Of a DNA stretch of 56,598 nt, positions 8,976-18,158 are shown piece by piece; position 1 is the stretch's first letter; each line of letters starts with the position of its first letter. The DNA lies in assembly GCA_964603485.1 (NCBI GenBank), contig CAZRVE010000001.1:42342-98939 (forward strand), given 5' to 3'. A model generated the notes under the pieces. It was not told the origin of the DNA. It saw only the letters and a program-made list of their open reading frames with translations, and ran no database searches. Both the position numbers and the translations under genes were made by a program. The DNA is from an uncultured Candidatus Saccharibacteria bacterium. GTDB lineage: Bacteria; Patescibacteriota; Minisyncoccia; Phycocordibacterales; Zambryskibacteraceae.

Positions 8976-9016
8976 TTTGCATTAAAAAAGTTTATGTAGT
9001 ACTAATTGATTCCAAT

Positions 9017-11182
9017 ATGAAACTACTTATTGTCGAGTCCCCCGCAAAGGCAAAGACAATTTCAAAATATCTTGATGGAGAGTATGAAGTCGTCGCTTCT
9101 GTCGGCCATGTTCGCGATTTACCAAAATCAAATAAGAAAGCAATTGATATTGAGGAAGGTTTTATTCCCCACTACGAAATATCGAAGGGCAAAGAAAAAG
9201 TTGTGAAGGAAATAAAAAGACTCGCAGCAGAAGCGGATGAAATTCTTCTTGCAACCGACCCCGACCGAGAAGGTGAAGCGATTGCATGGCATATTGCACA
9301 AGCCGTAGGAATTAAAAAGCCTAAGAGAGTCGTGTTCCACGAAATTACAAAAGATGCGGTGATTGACGCAGTGAAGCATCCTCGGGCAATAGATGAAAAT
9401 CTTAAGACGGCTCAGGAAGCTCGTCGCGTACTTGATCGCCTCGTGGGATACGATCTGTCCGGACTCATTTGGAAGAAGGTTCGTTACGGCCTCTCTGCAG
9501 GACGTGTTCAATCCCCCGCCCTCCGAATTATTATGGAGCGCGAAAGAGAAATTCGCCTCTTTAAAGGAGAAACTTTTTGGACAATATCCGCAGTGTTTCA
9601 TACAAAGAAAAAAGAAGAAATGACACTTGTGTGCGAAGAGGAACCCCGAGATAAGAAACAGGTCGATACTATACTTACAAAAGCAGAAAAGGGAGACTGG
9701 CTTGTTAGCTCTGTAAAAGAAAGTGAAGTAAAGCGCTCGCCTCGCCCGCCATTCATCACCTCAACCCTTCAGCAAGCAGCGAGTTCTCGCTTAGGATTTT
9801 CTCCATCACGAACCATGTCAGTAGCGCAAAGGCTTTATGAAGCCGGCCTTATCACCTATATGCGTACCGATAGTACCAACCTTTCGACCGTTGCGCTCAA
9901 ACAGATTGACACAGTGATAGAAAAAAACTTTGGAGAGGAGTACAAACAATCTCGCGTATTTGCTACTAAAAGTAAGAATGCTCAGGAAGCTCACGAAGCA
10001 ATACGCCCATCAGATGTATCCAAGAAAAGCGCGGGCCTTACTGAAGAGCAGAAACGCTTGTACTCTCTCATCTGGGAAAGAACCGTAGCCTCTCAGATGA
10101 AAGATGCAAAAGTTTTGAGAACAAAAGTTATTGCAAATATAAAAGATGAGTCGCTTCCTAACTTTTCTATAAACGGTTCCCGCGTGCTTTTTGACGGATG
10201 GCTTAAAGCTGACCCTCGTGCACGCCAAGACGATATTGAACTTCCTTTGCTCTCAAAAGGAGATCCTCTTTCTCTCCAAAAGATAGACAGTGAAGAAAAA
10301 GAAACTCAGCCGCCCGCACGCTATTCCGAAGCGGGACTTGTCAAAGAACTTGAGAAGCGAGGAATCGGACGTCCGTCAACTTATGCATCTATCATAAAAA
10401 CTATTGTTGACCGAGGTTACGTAATAAAACAAGACCGAGCGCTTTTCCCTACAGACACAGGAGATGTAGTGAGTTCATTCTTGGAAGATAATTTTACCGA
10501 CTACATCAGCGACTCCTTTACTGCAGAGATGGAGGACAAGCTAGACGATATTGCGCTCGGCAAAAGAGAATACGTAAAAACGCTCAGAGAATTTTACGGT
10601 CCATTCTTGAAGGACGTAAAAGCAAAAGAAAAAACAGAAAAAATCACCAACTTAGGAAAAGCTGACGACCAGTGGAAATGTCCAAAATGTGGAAAGGACA
10701 TGATCATAAAACTAGGACGCACCGGAAAGTTTCTCTCTTGTAGCACCTTCCCTGATTGCACAGGAGCGCGAACCATAGATGGAGAAGAGATGATGGGACC
10801 TAAGGACACAGGAGAGCTTTGTCCGCAGTGTGAGAAAGCAAATCTTGTGGAGCGCGATGGAAAGTATGGCAGATTTATTGCCTGTGGACGCTATCCAAAA
10901 TGTAAATTTGTAAAAGAAGATCCAGAAGCGAAAAAGAAACTCATGACAGGAGTGCCATGTCCTGTATGCTCTAAAGGAGAAATGATGGAGCGTCGTGGAA
11001 GATTTGGAATATTCTACTCGTGCAGCAATTACCCAGACTGCAAGAATGCGATTAAAGCAAAACCAACTGGAGCAATTTGCCCTATGTGCAACTCTCTCAT
11101 GATGGAAGGAACAAAAACTATTCCAGAAAGGTGTAGTAATAAAAACTGTCCAAATCACAATCCCCATAAGCTCATGAAGTAA
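9017..11182 (+). CDS. topA: DNA topoisomerase I with C-terminal zinc-ribbon repeats
   Basis: Toprim start MKLLIVESPAKAKTI. Active-site region. Four CxxC...CxxC ribbons at C-terminus. ORF-track start at 8960 judged an N-terminal over-extension. Confidence 0.9.
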   Translation: MKLLIVESPAKAKTISKYLDGEYEVVASVGHVRDLPKSNKKAIDIEEGFIPHYEISKGKEKVVKEIKRLAAEADEILLATDPDREGEAIAWHIAQAVGIKKPKRVVFHEITKDAVIDAVKHPRAIDENLKTAQEARRVLDRLVGYDLSGLIWKKVRYGLSAGRVQSPALRIIMEREREIRLFKGETFWTISAVFHTKKKEEMTLVCEEEPRDKKQVDTILTKAEKGDWLVSSVKESEVKRSPRPPFITSTLQQAASSRLGFSPSRTMSVAQRLYEAGLITYMRTDSTNLSTVALKQIDTVIEKNFGEEYKQSRVFATKSKNAQEAHEAIRPSDVSKKSAGLTEEQKRLYSLIWERTVASQMKDAKVLRTKVIANIKDESLPNFSINGSRVLFDGWLKADPRARQDDIELPLLSKGDPLSLQKIDSEEKETQPPARYSEAGLVKELEKRGIGRPSTYASIIKTIVDRGYVIKQDRALFPTDTGDVVSSFLEDNFTDYISDSFTAEMEDKLDDIALGKREYVKTLREFYGPFLKDVKAKEKTEKITNLGKADDQWKCPKCGKDMIIKLGRTGKFLSCSTFPDCTGARTIDGEEMMGPKDTGELCPQCEKANLVERDGKYGRFIACGRYPKCKFVKEDPEAKKKLMTGVPCPVCSKGEMMERRGRFGIFYSCSNYPDCKNAIKAKPTGAICPMCNSLMMEGTKTIPERCSNKNCPNHNPHKLMK

Positions 11183-11294
11183 TAGATTTGAAGCATGCAG
11201 ATGGCTTCATGTATTGCATCTTTATGAGCTTCACTTTTTTTAATTGCTGAGTATAGTAATTCACGGAACCAATACCGCACACCAGGAGAGATGT

Positions 11295-11501
11295 ATGCCG
11301 GGACAAAAGACCACTCAGGATCCAAAGGTAGCGGAGATCGTCACGAAAGTAAGAAGGGAGGAGTTCATAGACACCGAAGAACTTGAGCTTCTTCGGCAGT
11401 ACTACACAATTCCAGACGAACACATCTTCTACCCCCCAAGGGTCCGAAGACATCCCAAAGTCAAAATAGTCGGAGAGACCCTACGAAGATTGAAAAGGTA
11501 G
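11295..11501 (+). CDS. Hypothetical small protein (~68 aa)
   Basis: ATG with AGGAGA SD 6-7 nt upstream. No recognisable family. Confidence 0.35.
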   Translation: MPGQKTTQDPKVAEIVTKVRREEFIDTEELELLRQYYTIPDEHIFYPPRVRRHPKVKIVGETLRRLKR

Positions 11502-11585
11502 GTGTTGCCGGCTCGCACAAAAGTACTCTGAAAAATCAGGGTGCTTTTTTCTTTACTCTTTAGAGTTCTTGCATAGAATGAGGAC

Positions 11586-13103
11586 ATGGTAACCGTAGAA
11601 GAGATCATAGAGCTCGTCCCAGATCCAGACAAAAAAGATATTGAGCTTATAAAGAAAGCCTATCTTTTTGCGCAAGATGCACACAAGGACCACACTCGAC
11701 TCTCCGGAGAGCCTTACTTCGTGCACCTTGCTGAGACAGCCAAGATTCTTGCCTCATACGGAATGGGTGGGACAACCATTGCTGCTGGACTCCTTCACGA
11801 CACTCTCGAAGATGTGGAGGTGGGGCCAGAAAGACTTCTCAAAGAATTCGGAGGGGAAATTTTATTTCTAATCGAAGGAGTAACAAAGCTTGGAAAGCTT
11901 CGTTACCATGGAACCGATAGACACAATGAGAGCTTGAGGAAACTTTTTGTTGCTATGTCGGAGGATATCCGTGTGCTCATGATAAAGCTCGCAGACAGAC
12001 TCCACAACATGAGAACCCTTTCTCATATCCCTAAAGAAAAGCAAAATCGAATTGCAGCTGAAACTCTCGAAATCTATGCACCTATCGCATACAGACTTGG
12101 TATTCGAAAACTCTCCCGTGAGCTTGAAGATTTAGCCTTTCCCTATGTACTTCCAGATGAATACAAGAAACTGAAAGAAGTGAGTACAGAGCGTTATGAA
12201 GAAAATTTAGAGAGTCTTGAAAAGTTTTTAAAATCAATTAAAAAAGAGCTTGCAAAAGCCTTAGTCCCCTTCATCCGCACTGAATATCGGGTGAAAGGAT
12301 TGTATAGCTTGTACAAGAAGGTTCAAACGAAAAAGAAACACCCAGAAGAAGTTCACGACATCCTTGCGATACGTATTATCGTAAAAGAGATTCAAGATTG
12401 TTATCGCGCGCTTGGCATCATCCACGCGTCGTGGCGTCCACTTCCTGGTAGGATAAAGGATTACATCGCCTTTCCAAAACCTAACGGATACCAAGCCCTT
12501 CACACCACTGTATTTACTGGTGATGGAAATATTGTTGAAGTTCAGATAAAGACAGAGGAGATGTATCGAGACTCTGAATTCGGAATCGCCTCTCACATCG
12601 CATACAAATCTGGACAAAAAGGTAAAAAGATTCCTGAAAGCTTAGCGTGGATCGAACACTTAATGCCAAGAAGAAGTTACAGTCAGAGCACCACCCATAG
12701 TAAGGGAAGATACGAAGATGTTCCAAACTGGATCAGGCAACTCGTGGAACACCACACCGAAGAAAAGGATCATGAAATATTTAGAGAAGATCTTCGAAAG
12801 GATTTCTTCGAGCATCGAATTTTTGTCTTTTCTCCCGTAGGAGATGTTGTTGATCTACCCATTGAGTCAACGCCAGTAGATTTTGCGTATTCGATTCACT
12901 CGGACATCGGAAATCATATGTCAGGAGCAAAAGTGAACGGAAAGCTCGTCTCGCTAGATACAAAATTATCCAATGGAGACATTGTTGAGATTGTTACAAA
13001 AAATTCTGCAAAACCTTCAAGTAAATGGATTGAGTATGCAAAAACCGCAATGGCAAAACGTCACGTAAGATCTGCGATTCAGAAACAGAAAGGGATCAGA
13101 TAG
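11586..13103 (+). CDS. RelA/SpoT-family (p)ppGpp synthetase/hydrolase, short form (HD + synthetase + TGS)
   Basis: HD motif LLHDTLEDV. Synthetase region DYIAFPKPNGYQALHTTV. C-terminal TGS-like segment. Confidence 0.85.
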   Translation: MVTVEEIIELVPDPDKKDIELIKKAYLFAQDAHKDHTRLSGEPYFVHLAETAKILASYGMGGTTIAAGLLHDTLEDVEVGPERLLKEFGGEILFLIEGVTKLGKLRYHGTDRHNESLRKLFVAMSEDIRVLMIKLADRLHNMRTLSHIPKEKQNRIAAETLEIYAPIAYRLGIRKLSRELEDLAFPYVLPDEYKKLKEVSTERYEENLESLEKFLKSIKKELAKALVPFIRTEYRVKGLYSLYKKVQTKKKHPEEVHDILAIRIIVKEIQDCYRALGIIHASWRPLPGRIKDYIAFPKPNGYQALHTTVFTGDGNIVEVQIKTEEMYRDSEFGIASHIAYKSGQKGKKIPESLAWIEHLMPRRSYSQSTTHSKGRYEDVPNWIRQLVEHHTEEKDHEIFREDLRKDFFEHRIFVFSPVGDVVDLPIESTPVDFAYSIHSDIGNHMSGAKVNGKLVSLDTKLSNGDIVEIVTKNSAKPSSKWIEYAKTAMAKRHVRSAIQKQKGIR

Positions 13104-13107
13104 GAAG

Positions 13108-14148
13108 CTAAGGGTTAATAGAAACAAGTTCCAAGGTCGAAACGCATCTAAAATCCTCATCGTATTGGCAGTCTCTTTCTATAAAATTAGCCACCGTGAT
13201 GGTTGTTGGTGGTAAGTTATCGAGGTCACTTGGAAGCTCGGCCATGAGGACTTGAACTTCTGGCTGATCTGTATTTCTAAAATAAAGACACGAAAAATCG
13301 GAAGAGCGTTCTCCTTCAACTTTAATATTGTGGATGAGATTTGAACTAATTATAGGTAGTTTCTTCATCGTTTCCTCCCATGGAACAACGAAACACTCGG
13401 CCCCGCCAGCAGGGGAAGGCGATCGTCTTCCGCCACTAAGAGTCGTAGTGCCTGTCCACGCGACATTCCTAAAGCTCGGGAAAAAAGCATCAAATTCTCC
13501 AGAAACAAAAGTAAATCCTTTTTCTTGAAAACCTGGTTTGTGTGGGGCAGGAAGAAGATGTCTAGTAAATGTTATGGGCCCACTCCTACTTAAGACAGTC
13601 TCTGGATTGGTTCCATTCTCCTCTGAATAATCTCCTTCTCCTGTTTTTACTAATACAATACGATATTGCGCCGTTTCATCGCCAAAAAAGTCTGTAGTGT
13701 TAAGGCTGTGAATAGGTTTATCATAAAGTTGATAAGGCTGAACTTTAAGAATGAAGCTTCCTTCGTCGTCATCATAGAAATCTGAGAAATCTTCGCTAAG
13801 AAGCCGTGCCCTGTTCCAAAAATTGGTTTGCTTTGAAGAGACAGCCGAAAGCATTACCGCTTGCGCAAGATCATCATTTTTTACAATTCTAAAGCTATAG
13901 TAACTTCTTCTCATAACATCAACATCTTTAAAATCTTTCAAGACAAAGGTACCCGCAGGAACTCTGACAGTAACAGAAAACTCTTTTGTAAGATCAACAG
14001 TATCACTGTTATCAATGGATATTTTTATATTTTCCAATCCTATCTGATTAGGAGGATGATTAGATGACATAAAAAACCGATCAGCTAACATTAGAATTAC
14101 CAAAATAGATCCTGCTACTATCAGAATTTTTTTCTGGTTTACATTCAT
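13108..14148 (-). CDS. Hypothetical membrane-anchored extracytoplasmic protein (346 aa)
   Basis: N-terminal TM helix then large soluble domain. 4-nt overlap with parB start. Confidence 0.5.
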   Translation of the reverse strand: MNVNQKKILIVAGSILVILMLADRFFMSSNHPPNQIGLENIKISIDNSDTVDLTKEFSVTVRVPAGTFVLKDFKDVDVMRRSYYSFRIVKNDDLAQAVMLSAVSSKQTNFWNRARLLSEDFSDFYDDDEGSFILKVQPYQLYDKPIHSLNTTDFFGDETAQYRIVLVKTGEGDYSEENGTNPETVLSRSGPITFTRHLLPAPHKPGFQEKGFTFVSGEFDAFFPSFRNVAWTGTTTLSGGRRSPSPAGGAECFVVPWEETMKKLPIISSNLIHNIKVEGERSSDFSCLYFRNTDQPEVQVLMAELPSDLDNLPPTTITVANFIERDCQYDEDFRCVSTLELVSINP

Positions 14149-15140
14149 ATACTAAAATTCTTCACTGAGTAAATATCGTCCTCCTTTTCTTCTTTTGCGA
14201 TTTCAAGGGGGGCACGATCATCAGTAAGAGTCGTTGCTTCCTCAGGGGCCACAGGGATTTGCTCTGCATGAGTCTCGGCATATGCATGAAGTGAAGCGTT
14301 CGGATCCTTTACTATGTTAGTTTGAATAACCCCAAGGAGCGCCTTAAGGTCTTCGTTTGAGAAGAAATCAATCATCACCTTCCCCCCCACATCTTTCCTT
14401 TCGATTTGCACACGAGTACCAAGAGCTTCGCGCAATTTTTCTTCTAGATCAACAATTTCTGGATCGAATGCAAGTTCCTTCTTACGAACCTTGTCATATG
14501 CGATACGGCGAGCAATAGCTTCCGCCTCACGGACAGTAAGCTTCTTTAAAAGAATTTCTTTATACAAAACTGATTGCTCTTCTGGCCTGTCATTTAACAT
14601 CATCAGAGGCCTTGTATGCCCTTCAGAAATTTTTCCCTGAGAAAGTGCCTCAAGGATATCAGGAGGAAGCGAGAGAAGACGGAGAGTATTTGAAACATAC
14701 TCTCGGCTCTTTCCCACTTTTTGAGCAATCACATGGTGTTTAAAACCAAATTGATTTGCGAGACGCTCAAAGGCTCTAGCCCGATCAACCGGATTCAAAT
14801 CCTCACGTTGAATGTTTTCAATAATCGCAAGCTCGAGCTTCATTAAATCCGTATCATCTCCCGTCTTAATAAGACAAGGCACTTGCTGAAGACCCGCACG
14901 TTTGGAAGCGCGGAGACGACGTTCTCCGGCAATAAGTTCGTACTTTACGCCGATTCCACCATCAGGCTTTTCGTATTCTTTTCTGGTAACTACGAGAGCT
15001 TGGAGTACTCCGTATTGGCGTATGGAATCAGAAAGACTCTGGAGTTCAGGTTCACTAAACTCTCTGCGGGGCTGAAATGGATTTGGCTCAATTTTGTCAG
15101 TATCAATCCAGAAAATAGAGTCGTTATAAAACTGTGACAT
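14145..15140 (-). CDS. parB: Chromosome partitioning protein ParB/Spo0J
   Basis: ParB box IAGERRLRAS, HTH, GHTRPL motif. No parA adjacent. Confidence 0.85.
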   Translation of the reverse strand: MSQFYNDSIFWIDTDKIEPNPFQPRREFSEPELQSLSDSIRQYGVLQALVVTRKEYEKPDGGIGVKYELIAGERRLRASKRAGLQQVPCLIKTGDDTDLMKLELAIIENIQREDLNPVDRARAFERLANQFGFKHHVIAQKVGKSREYVSNTLRLLSLPPDILEALSQGKISEGHTRPLMMLNDRPEEQSVLYKEILLKKLTVREAEAIARRIAYDKVRKKELAFDPEIVDLEEKLREALGTRVQIERKDVGGKVMIDFFSNEDLKALLGVIQTNIVKDPNASLHAYAETHAEQIPVAPEEATTLTDDRAPLEIAKEEKEDDIYSVKNFSI

Positions 15141-15217
15141 GAGTGTATTTTAGCATAGACTTTTATATTCTAGGATTGAGAAGCATTTGATTTTGTAGTA
15201 CCTTGAAAAGCGTTCTT

Positions 15218-15259
15218 GCCGGGGTGGCGTAACCTGCCTGCCGGCAGGCAGGTGGTAGC
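15218..15259 (+). pseudogene. Duplicated 5' fragment of tRNA-Leu(CAA) (acceptor + D-arm) interrupted by a 20-bp perfect palindrome
   Basis: gccggggtggcgtaa[cctgcctgccggcaggcagg]tggtagc matches the first 25 nt of the intact tRNA at 15513. Upstream cttgcc also shared. Confidence 0.7.
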
Positions 15260-15275
15260 TCTCAAAAAAGGCTAT

Positions 15276-15527
15276 ATGATATACCACGTATATGCGATAA
15301 AAAGCCTGCATCGGAATATTATTTATGTAGGCATGAGTAATAATGTACCGAGAAGGTTGGCCGAACATAATCTGGGCAGGAACAGGTCTACAAAAGCATA
15401 TAAGCCGTTTTTCTTATTTTATTCCGAAAAATTTTTAAATAGACGAGAAGCAAGGATTCGTGAAAAATATTTAAAATCTGGAATTGGTAAAGAAAAATTG
15501 AAAAAGATACTTGCCGGGGTGGCGTAA
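15276..15527 (+). CDS. GIY-YIG nuclease-superfamily protein (YhbQ/UPF0213-like)
   Basis: GIY-like HVYAI and YIG-like IYVGMS motifs, RRLAEHN. 3' end overlaps the first bases of tRNA-Leu(CAA). Confidence 0.7.
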   Translation: MIYHVYAIKSLHRNIIYVGMSNNVPRRLAEHNLGRNRSTKAYKPFFLFYSEKFLNRREARIREKYLKSGIGKEKLKKILAGVA

Positions 15528-15593
15528 TGGTAGCCGCGCTCGACTCAAAATCGAGTCCCGTAAGGGGTGGAAGTTCGAGTCTTCTCCCCGGCA
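15513..15593 (+). tRNA. tRNA-Leu (anticodon CAA), long variable arm
   Basis: Hand-folded: acceptor gccgggg/ccccggc, anticodon loop ctCAAaa, T-loop TTCGAGT. Confidence 0.8.
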
Positions 15594-15624
15594 CAATTTT
15601 TTACTCAAAATAGAAGTAATCCAA

Positions 15625-15662
15625 CCGTAATTATCCGCGCCGATCGGCACAGATAATTACGG
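15625..15662. repeat. Imperfect copy of palindrome family 2 (GATC centre)
   Basis: ccgtaattatccgcgcc-gatc-ggcacagataattacgg. Confidence 0.7.
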
Positions 15663-15783
15663 TTGTTAACGTCAGGCTGTGGATTCTTTCGACTTTAGTA
15701 AATTATCCTACCTACTTGATTTTTTATCAAAGTATGATATAATACATATTAGAGCTGTATCACTCAAAACAGGAGGAACCCTT

Positions 15784-16206
15784 ATGCGACGAAGCTTCGC
15801 CTGCGTTGCATTGATTCTCACAAGCGATGGGCACATCCCTATCGTGCAGGACCCCAACCGGCCGGTCCCCCTTTGGAAATATCCCGGGGGTACCAACGAC
15901 GAAAATGAAACCCCAGAACAATGCGTTCGGAGAGAGGTGCTTGAGGAAACCGGAATCAATCTGGATATCCTTCACCCAGCGCCACTCTCGATCCACGCAG
16001 AAGAAAAACGGGATGGAGGGCATGTGTTCTTTGTCTTCCGTCTTGAACTTGAGGCAAAACACGCCGACATCGAGCTTCTCCGTCGAGGCAATGACGGAGA
16101 GCTTGTGAGATGGAGCGATGCTCAAGAGATTCTCACCATGAGAGAATTCCTCGAGGGTCAACGCGAGTTGACCCGGGACTTACTCCTCGAGATTCACTAC
16201 TCTTGA
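15784..16206 (+). CDS. NUDIX hydrolase
   Basis: NUDIX box RREVLEETGI. Good SD (CAGGAGGAA) before ATG at 15784. Track start 15679 judged an over-extension. Confidence 0.8.
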   Translation: MRRSFACVALILTSDGHIPIVQDPNRPVPLWKYPGGTNDENETPEQCVRREVLEETGINLDILHPAPLSIHAEEKRDGGHVFFVFRLELEAKHADIELLRRGNDGELVRWSDAQEILTMREFLEGQRELTRDLLLEIHYS

Positions 16207-16263
16207 AACCTAGACAAAGTCTAGGTTTCTTTTTTTATTTACGTTTTTATGTAAAGTATCGAT

Positions 16264-17169
16264 ATGAAACCCCGAGTTATTGCAATTGTAGGCCCCACCG
16301 CCACAGGAAAAAGTGGATTGGCGATTTTTCTTGCAAAAAAATACAACGGGGAGGTACTCTCTGCTGATTCACGACAAGTATACAAAGGTTTAAATCTCGG
16401 GACAGGGAAAGTCACAAAAAAGGAAATGCGTGGCGTCCCCCATCATCTCCTTGATATTGCAGATCCAAAAAAACAGTTTTCTGTCACAGAATGGAGAAAG
16501 AAAGCTCAGGTAGCCCTTGAACATGTTCTCGCGCAAGGAAAGCTCCCTATTATTTGCGGTGGAACAGGCTTTTATATTGATGCACTACTGCAAGGCACTG
16601 TCATACCCGAGGTTCCTCCAAATAAGACACTGCGAAAAAAGCTCGAGGGTAAAACACCAGGAGAACTTTTCAAAATTCTAAAACGCGTCGATCTCACGCG
16701 TGCCAATGCCATCGATAAAAATAACCCTGTACGACTAATCCGAGCTATTGAAATTGCAGAAGCCCTTGGAAAAGTTCCACCATTTAAAAAAGATCCTGTC
16801 CCTTACAAGGTGCTCTGGATTGGTATCGATTTACCTCAAGAGAAACTCAAACAAAAAATTAAGACTCGACTCGAAAAAAGAATGCGTCAAGGCATGCTCC
16901 GTGAAGCACAAAAACTCCTAGAACAAGGAGTGAGTATTAGGCGCATGAAGCAGTTAGGACTTGAGTACCGATCCCTTGCAGAGCTATTAGAAAAATCAAC
17001 TTCAAGAAAAGAGATGCTTCTCGAGCTTGAAAATGACATTATGCGATATGCAAAACGACAGAGAACCTGGTTTAGAGCCAATAAGTCCATACAATGGTAT
17101 GAAATGGATAATAAAAATACGAAAGAGATTATCCGAAAAGAAATAGGGTCATTTTTGACAAGAAAGTAA
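16264..17169 (+). CDS. miaA: tRNA dimethylallyltransferase
   Basis: P-loop VIAIVGPTATGKS, DSRQVYKGL motif. Confidence 0.9.
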   Translation: MKPRVIAIVGPTATGKSGLAIFLAKKYNGEVLSADSRQVYKGLNLGTGKVTKKEMRGVPHHLLDIADPKKQFSVTEWRKKAQVALEHVLAQGKLPIICGGTGFYIDALLQGTVIPEVPPNKTLRKKLEGKTPGELFKILKRVDLTRANAIDKNNPVRLIRAIEIAEALGKVPPFKKDPVPYKVLWIGIDLPQEKLKQKIKTRLEKRMRQGMLREAQKLLEQGVSIRRMKQLGLEYRSLAELLEKSTSRKEMLLELENDIMRYAKRQRTWFRANKSIQWYEMDNKNTKEIIRKEIGSFLTRK

Positions 17170-17215
17170 GGAAAGGTAATGATAAAAGAAGAGATCTTCA
17201 CCCAGGAGGAATATT

Positions 17216-17455
17216 GTGGAATTCCGAGCGATCGTGAAAGGCAGGCCTGTTGACCTGAAAGGTACGCTCTTCTACGTGTCAGGAATCCTCACTATTTGCC
17301 TCCTGGACCTTTCTGTCCTTGCGGGAGTAGTCTGGATCATGAGAAGGTACCCAATCCTTCAGATGATTGCTTGGAGTGTGCTCATCTTCCTCATCCTCAT
17401 TGGAGCAGGTGTCGGCCTGCTATTTAGGTGGGGCGGCAGAGACAATTCCGAATAA
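17216..17455 (+). CDS. Hypothetical small membrane protein (GTG start)
   Basis: 79 aa, two hydrophobic helices. AGGAGGA upstream. G+C-richer than flanks. Confidence 0.4.
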   Translation: MEFRAIVKGRPVDLKGTLFYVSGILTICLLDLSVLAGVVWIMRRYPILQMIAWSVLIFLILIGAGVGLLFRWGGRDNSE

Positions 17456-17477
17456 CCCTCAATCTCAAGGAGTCCAC

Positions 17478-17663
17478 GTGAGCACAAGTCCTGGTTTCCC
17501 CGAGATCATCTTCGGTGCCACCCTTGCGGGTATCGGTGATGGAGTAAGAGGCGCCGCGTCCCTCCTCGGAACTGTCTTGATTGCCATCGCCACACTCAGC
17601 ATCCTGGTAGGACTGGTACAGCTCCGCAAACGACCAGCACTCTATCGAGAGTCGAGCTGGTAG
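17478..17663 (+). CDS. Hypothetical small membrane protein (GTG start)
   Basis: ~61 aa, Gly-rich helices. AAGGAG SD. Followed by perfect hairpin terminator (atgtcccgca-tccaa-tgcgggacat + T-run). Confidence 0.35.
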   Translation: MSTSPGFPEIIFGATLAGIGDGVRGAASLLGTVLIAIATLSILVGLVQLRKRPALYRESSW

Positions 17664-17745
17664 TTAACGCGTAATGTCCCGCATCCAATGCGGGACATTT
17701 TCTTTGAAAGAAGCATCAAATTTGATAGGATGAGCGAGTTCCTGA

Positions 17746-17817
17746 GGGCCTATAGTTTCAATGGTAAAACATCGGTCTCCAAAACCGAGGTTCGAGGTTC
17801 GAGTCCTCGTGGGCCCG
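17746..17817 (+). tRNA. tRNA-Trp (anticodon CCA)
   Basis: Hand-folded: acceptor gggccta/tgggccc, anticodon loop ctCCAaa, T-loop TTCGAGT, discriminator G. Confidence 0.8.
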
Positions 17818-17830
17818 CAAGTAGTTTTAA

Positions 17831-17870
17831 TGCGTAACAAACTTAAGCGGTCGCTTAAATTTGTTACGCA
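17831..17870. repeat. Palindrome family 1, copy C (18-bp arms, loop GGTC), flanked by direct repeat tagtttta
   Basis: tgcgtaacaaacttaagc-ggtc-gcttaaatttgttacgca. Shares GCGGTCGC core and aacaaa.tt arm motif with copies A and B. Confidence 0.7.
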
Positions 17871-17921
17871 TTAGTTTTAGATTACCTCCAATACAAAAAT
17901 CCCCCTAAAGGGGGATTTTTG

Positions 17922-18077
17922 TTATTTCTTAGATTCCTTAAACGTGATGTGTTTGCGAAGTTTCTTTGAGTACTTTTTGAGCTCAATTTTTCGCTCCACC
18001 TTCTTCTTATTCTTACGCGTATAGTACACCTCGTCGGTGTCTTTATTACGCAACATAATGAGTTGATCTTGTGACAT
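17922..18077 (-). CDS. rpmG: 50S ribosomal protein L33
   Basis: Own translation: MSQDQLIMLRNKDTDEVYYTRKNKKKVERKIELKKYSKKLRKHITFKESKK. Matches L33 pattern (YTTTKNKR...KLELKKYDP..RKHV.YKE). Below ORF-track length cut-off. Confidence 0.8.
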   Translation of the reverse strand: MSQDQLIMLRNKDTDEVYYTRKNKKKVERKIELKKYSKKLRKHITFKESKK

Positions 18078-18158
18078 ATTTGTATTCTAGAGTGGTAGTT
18101 AAGATACCATAGTCTCTGGTTTTTGCAAACAAAAAGCCCAGGTTTAATCCCTGAGCCC

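Noticed and set aside
8960-9016. N-terminal extension of topA in the ORF track (MCRVFICIKKVYVVLIDSN...)
   Set aside because: The topoisomerase Toprim domain begins at MKLLIVESPAKAK (ATG 9017). The extension overlaps the upstream terminator hairpin.
15679-15783. 35-codon N-terminal extension of the NUDIX gene
   Set aside because: AT-rich, overlaps palindrome family-2 copy. A strong SD precedes the internal ATG at 15784.
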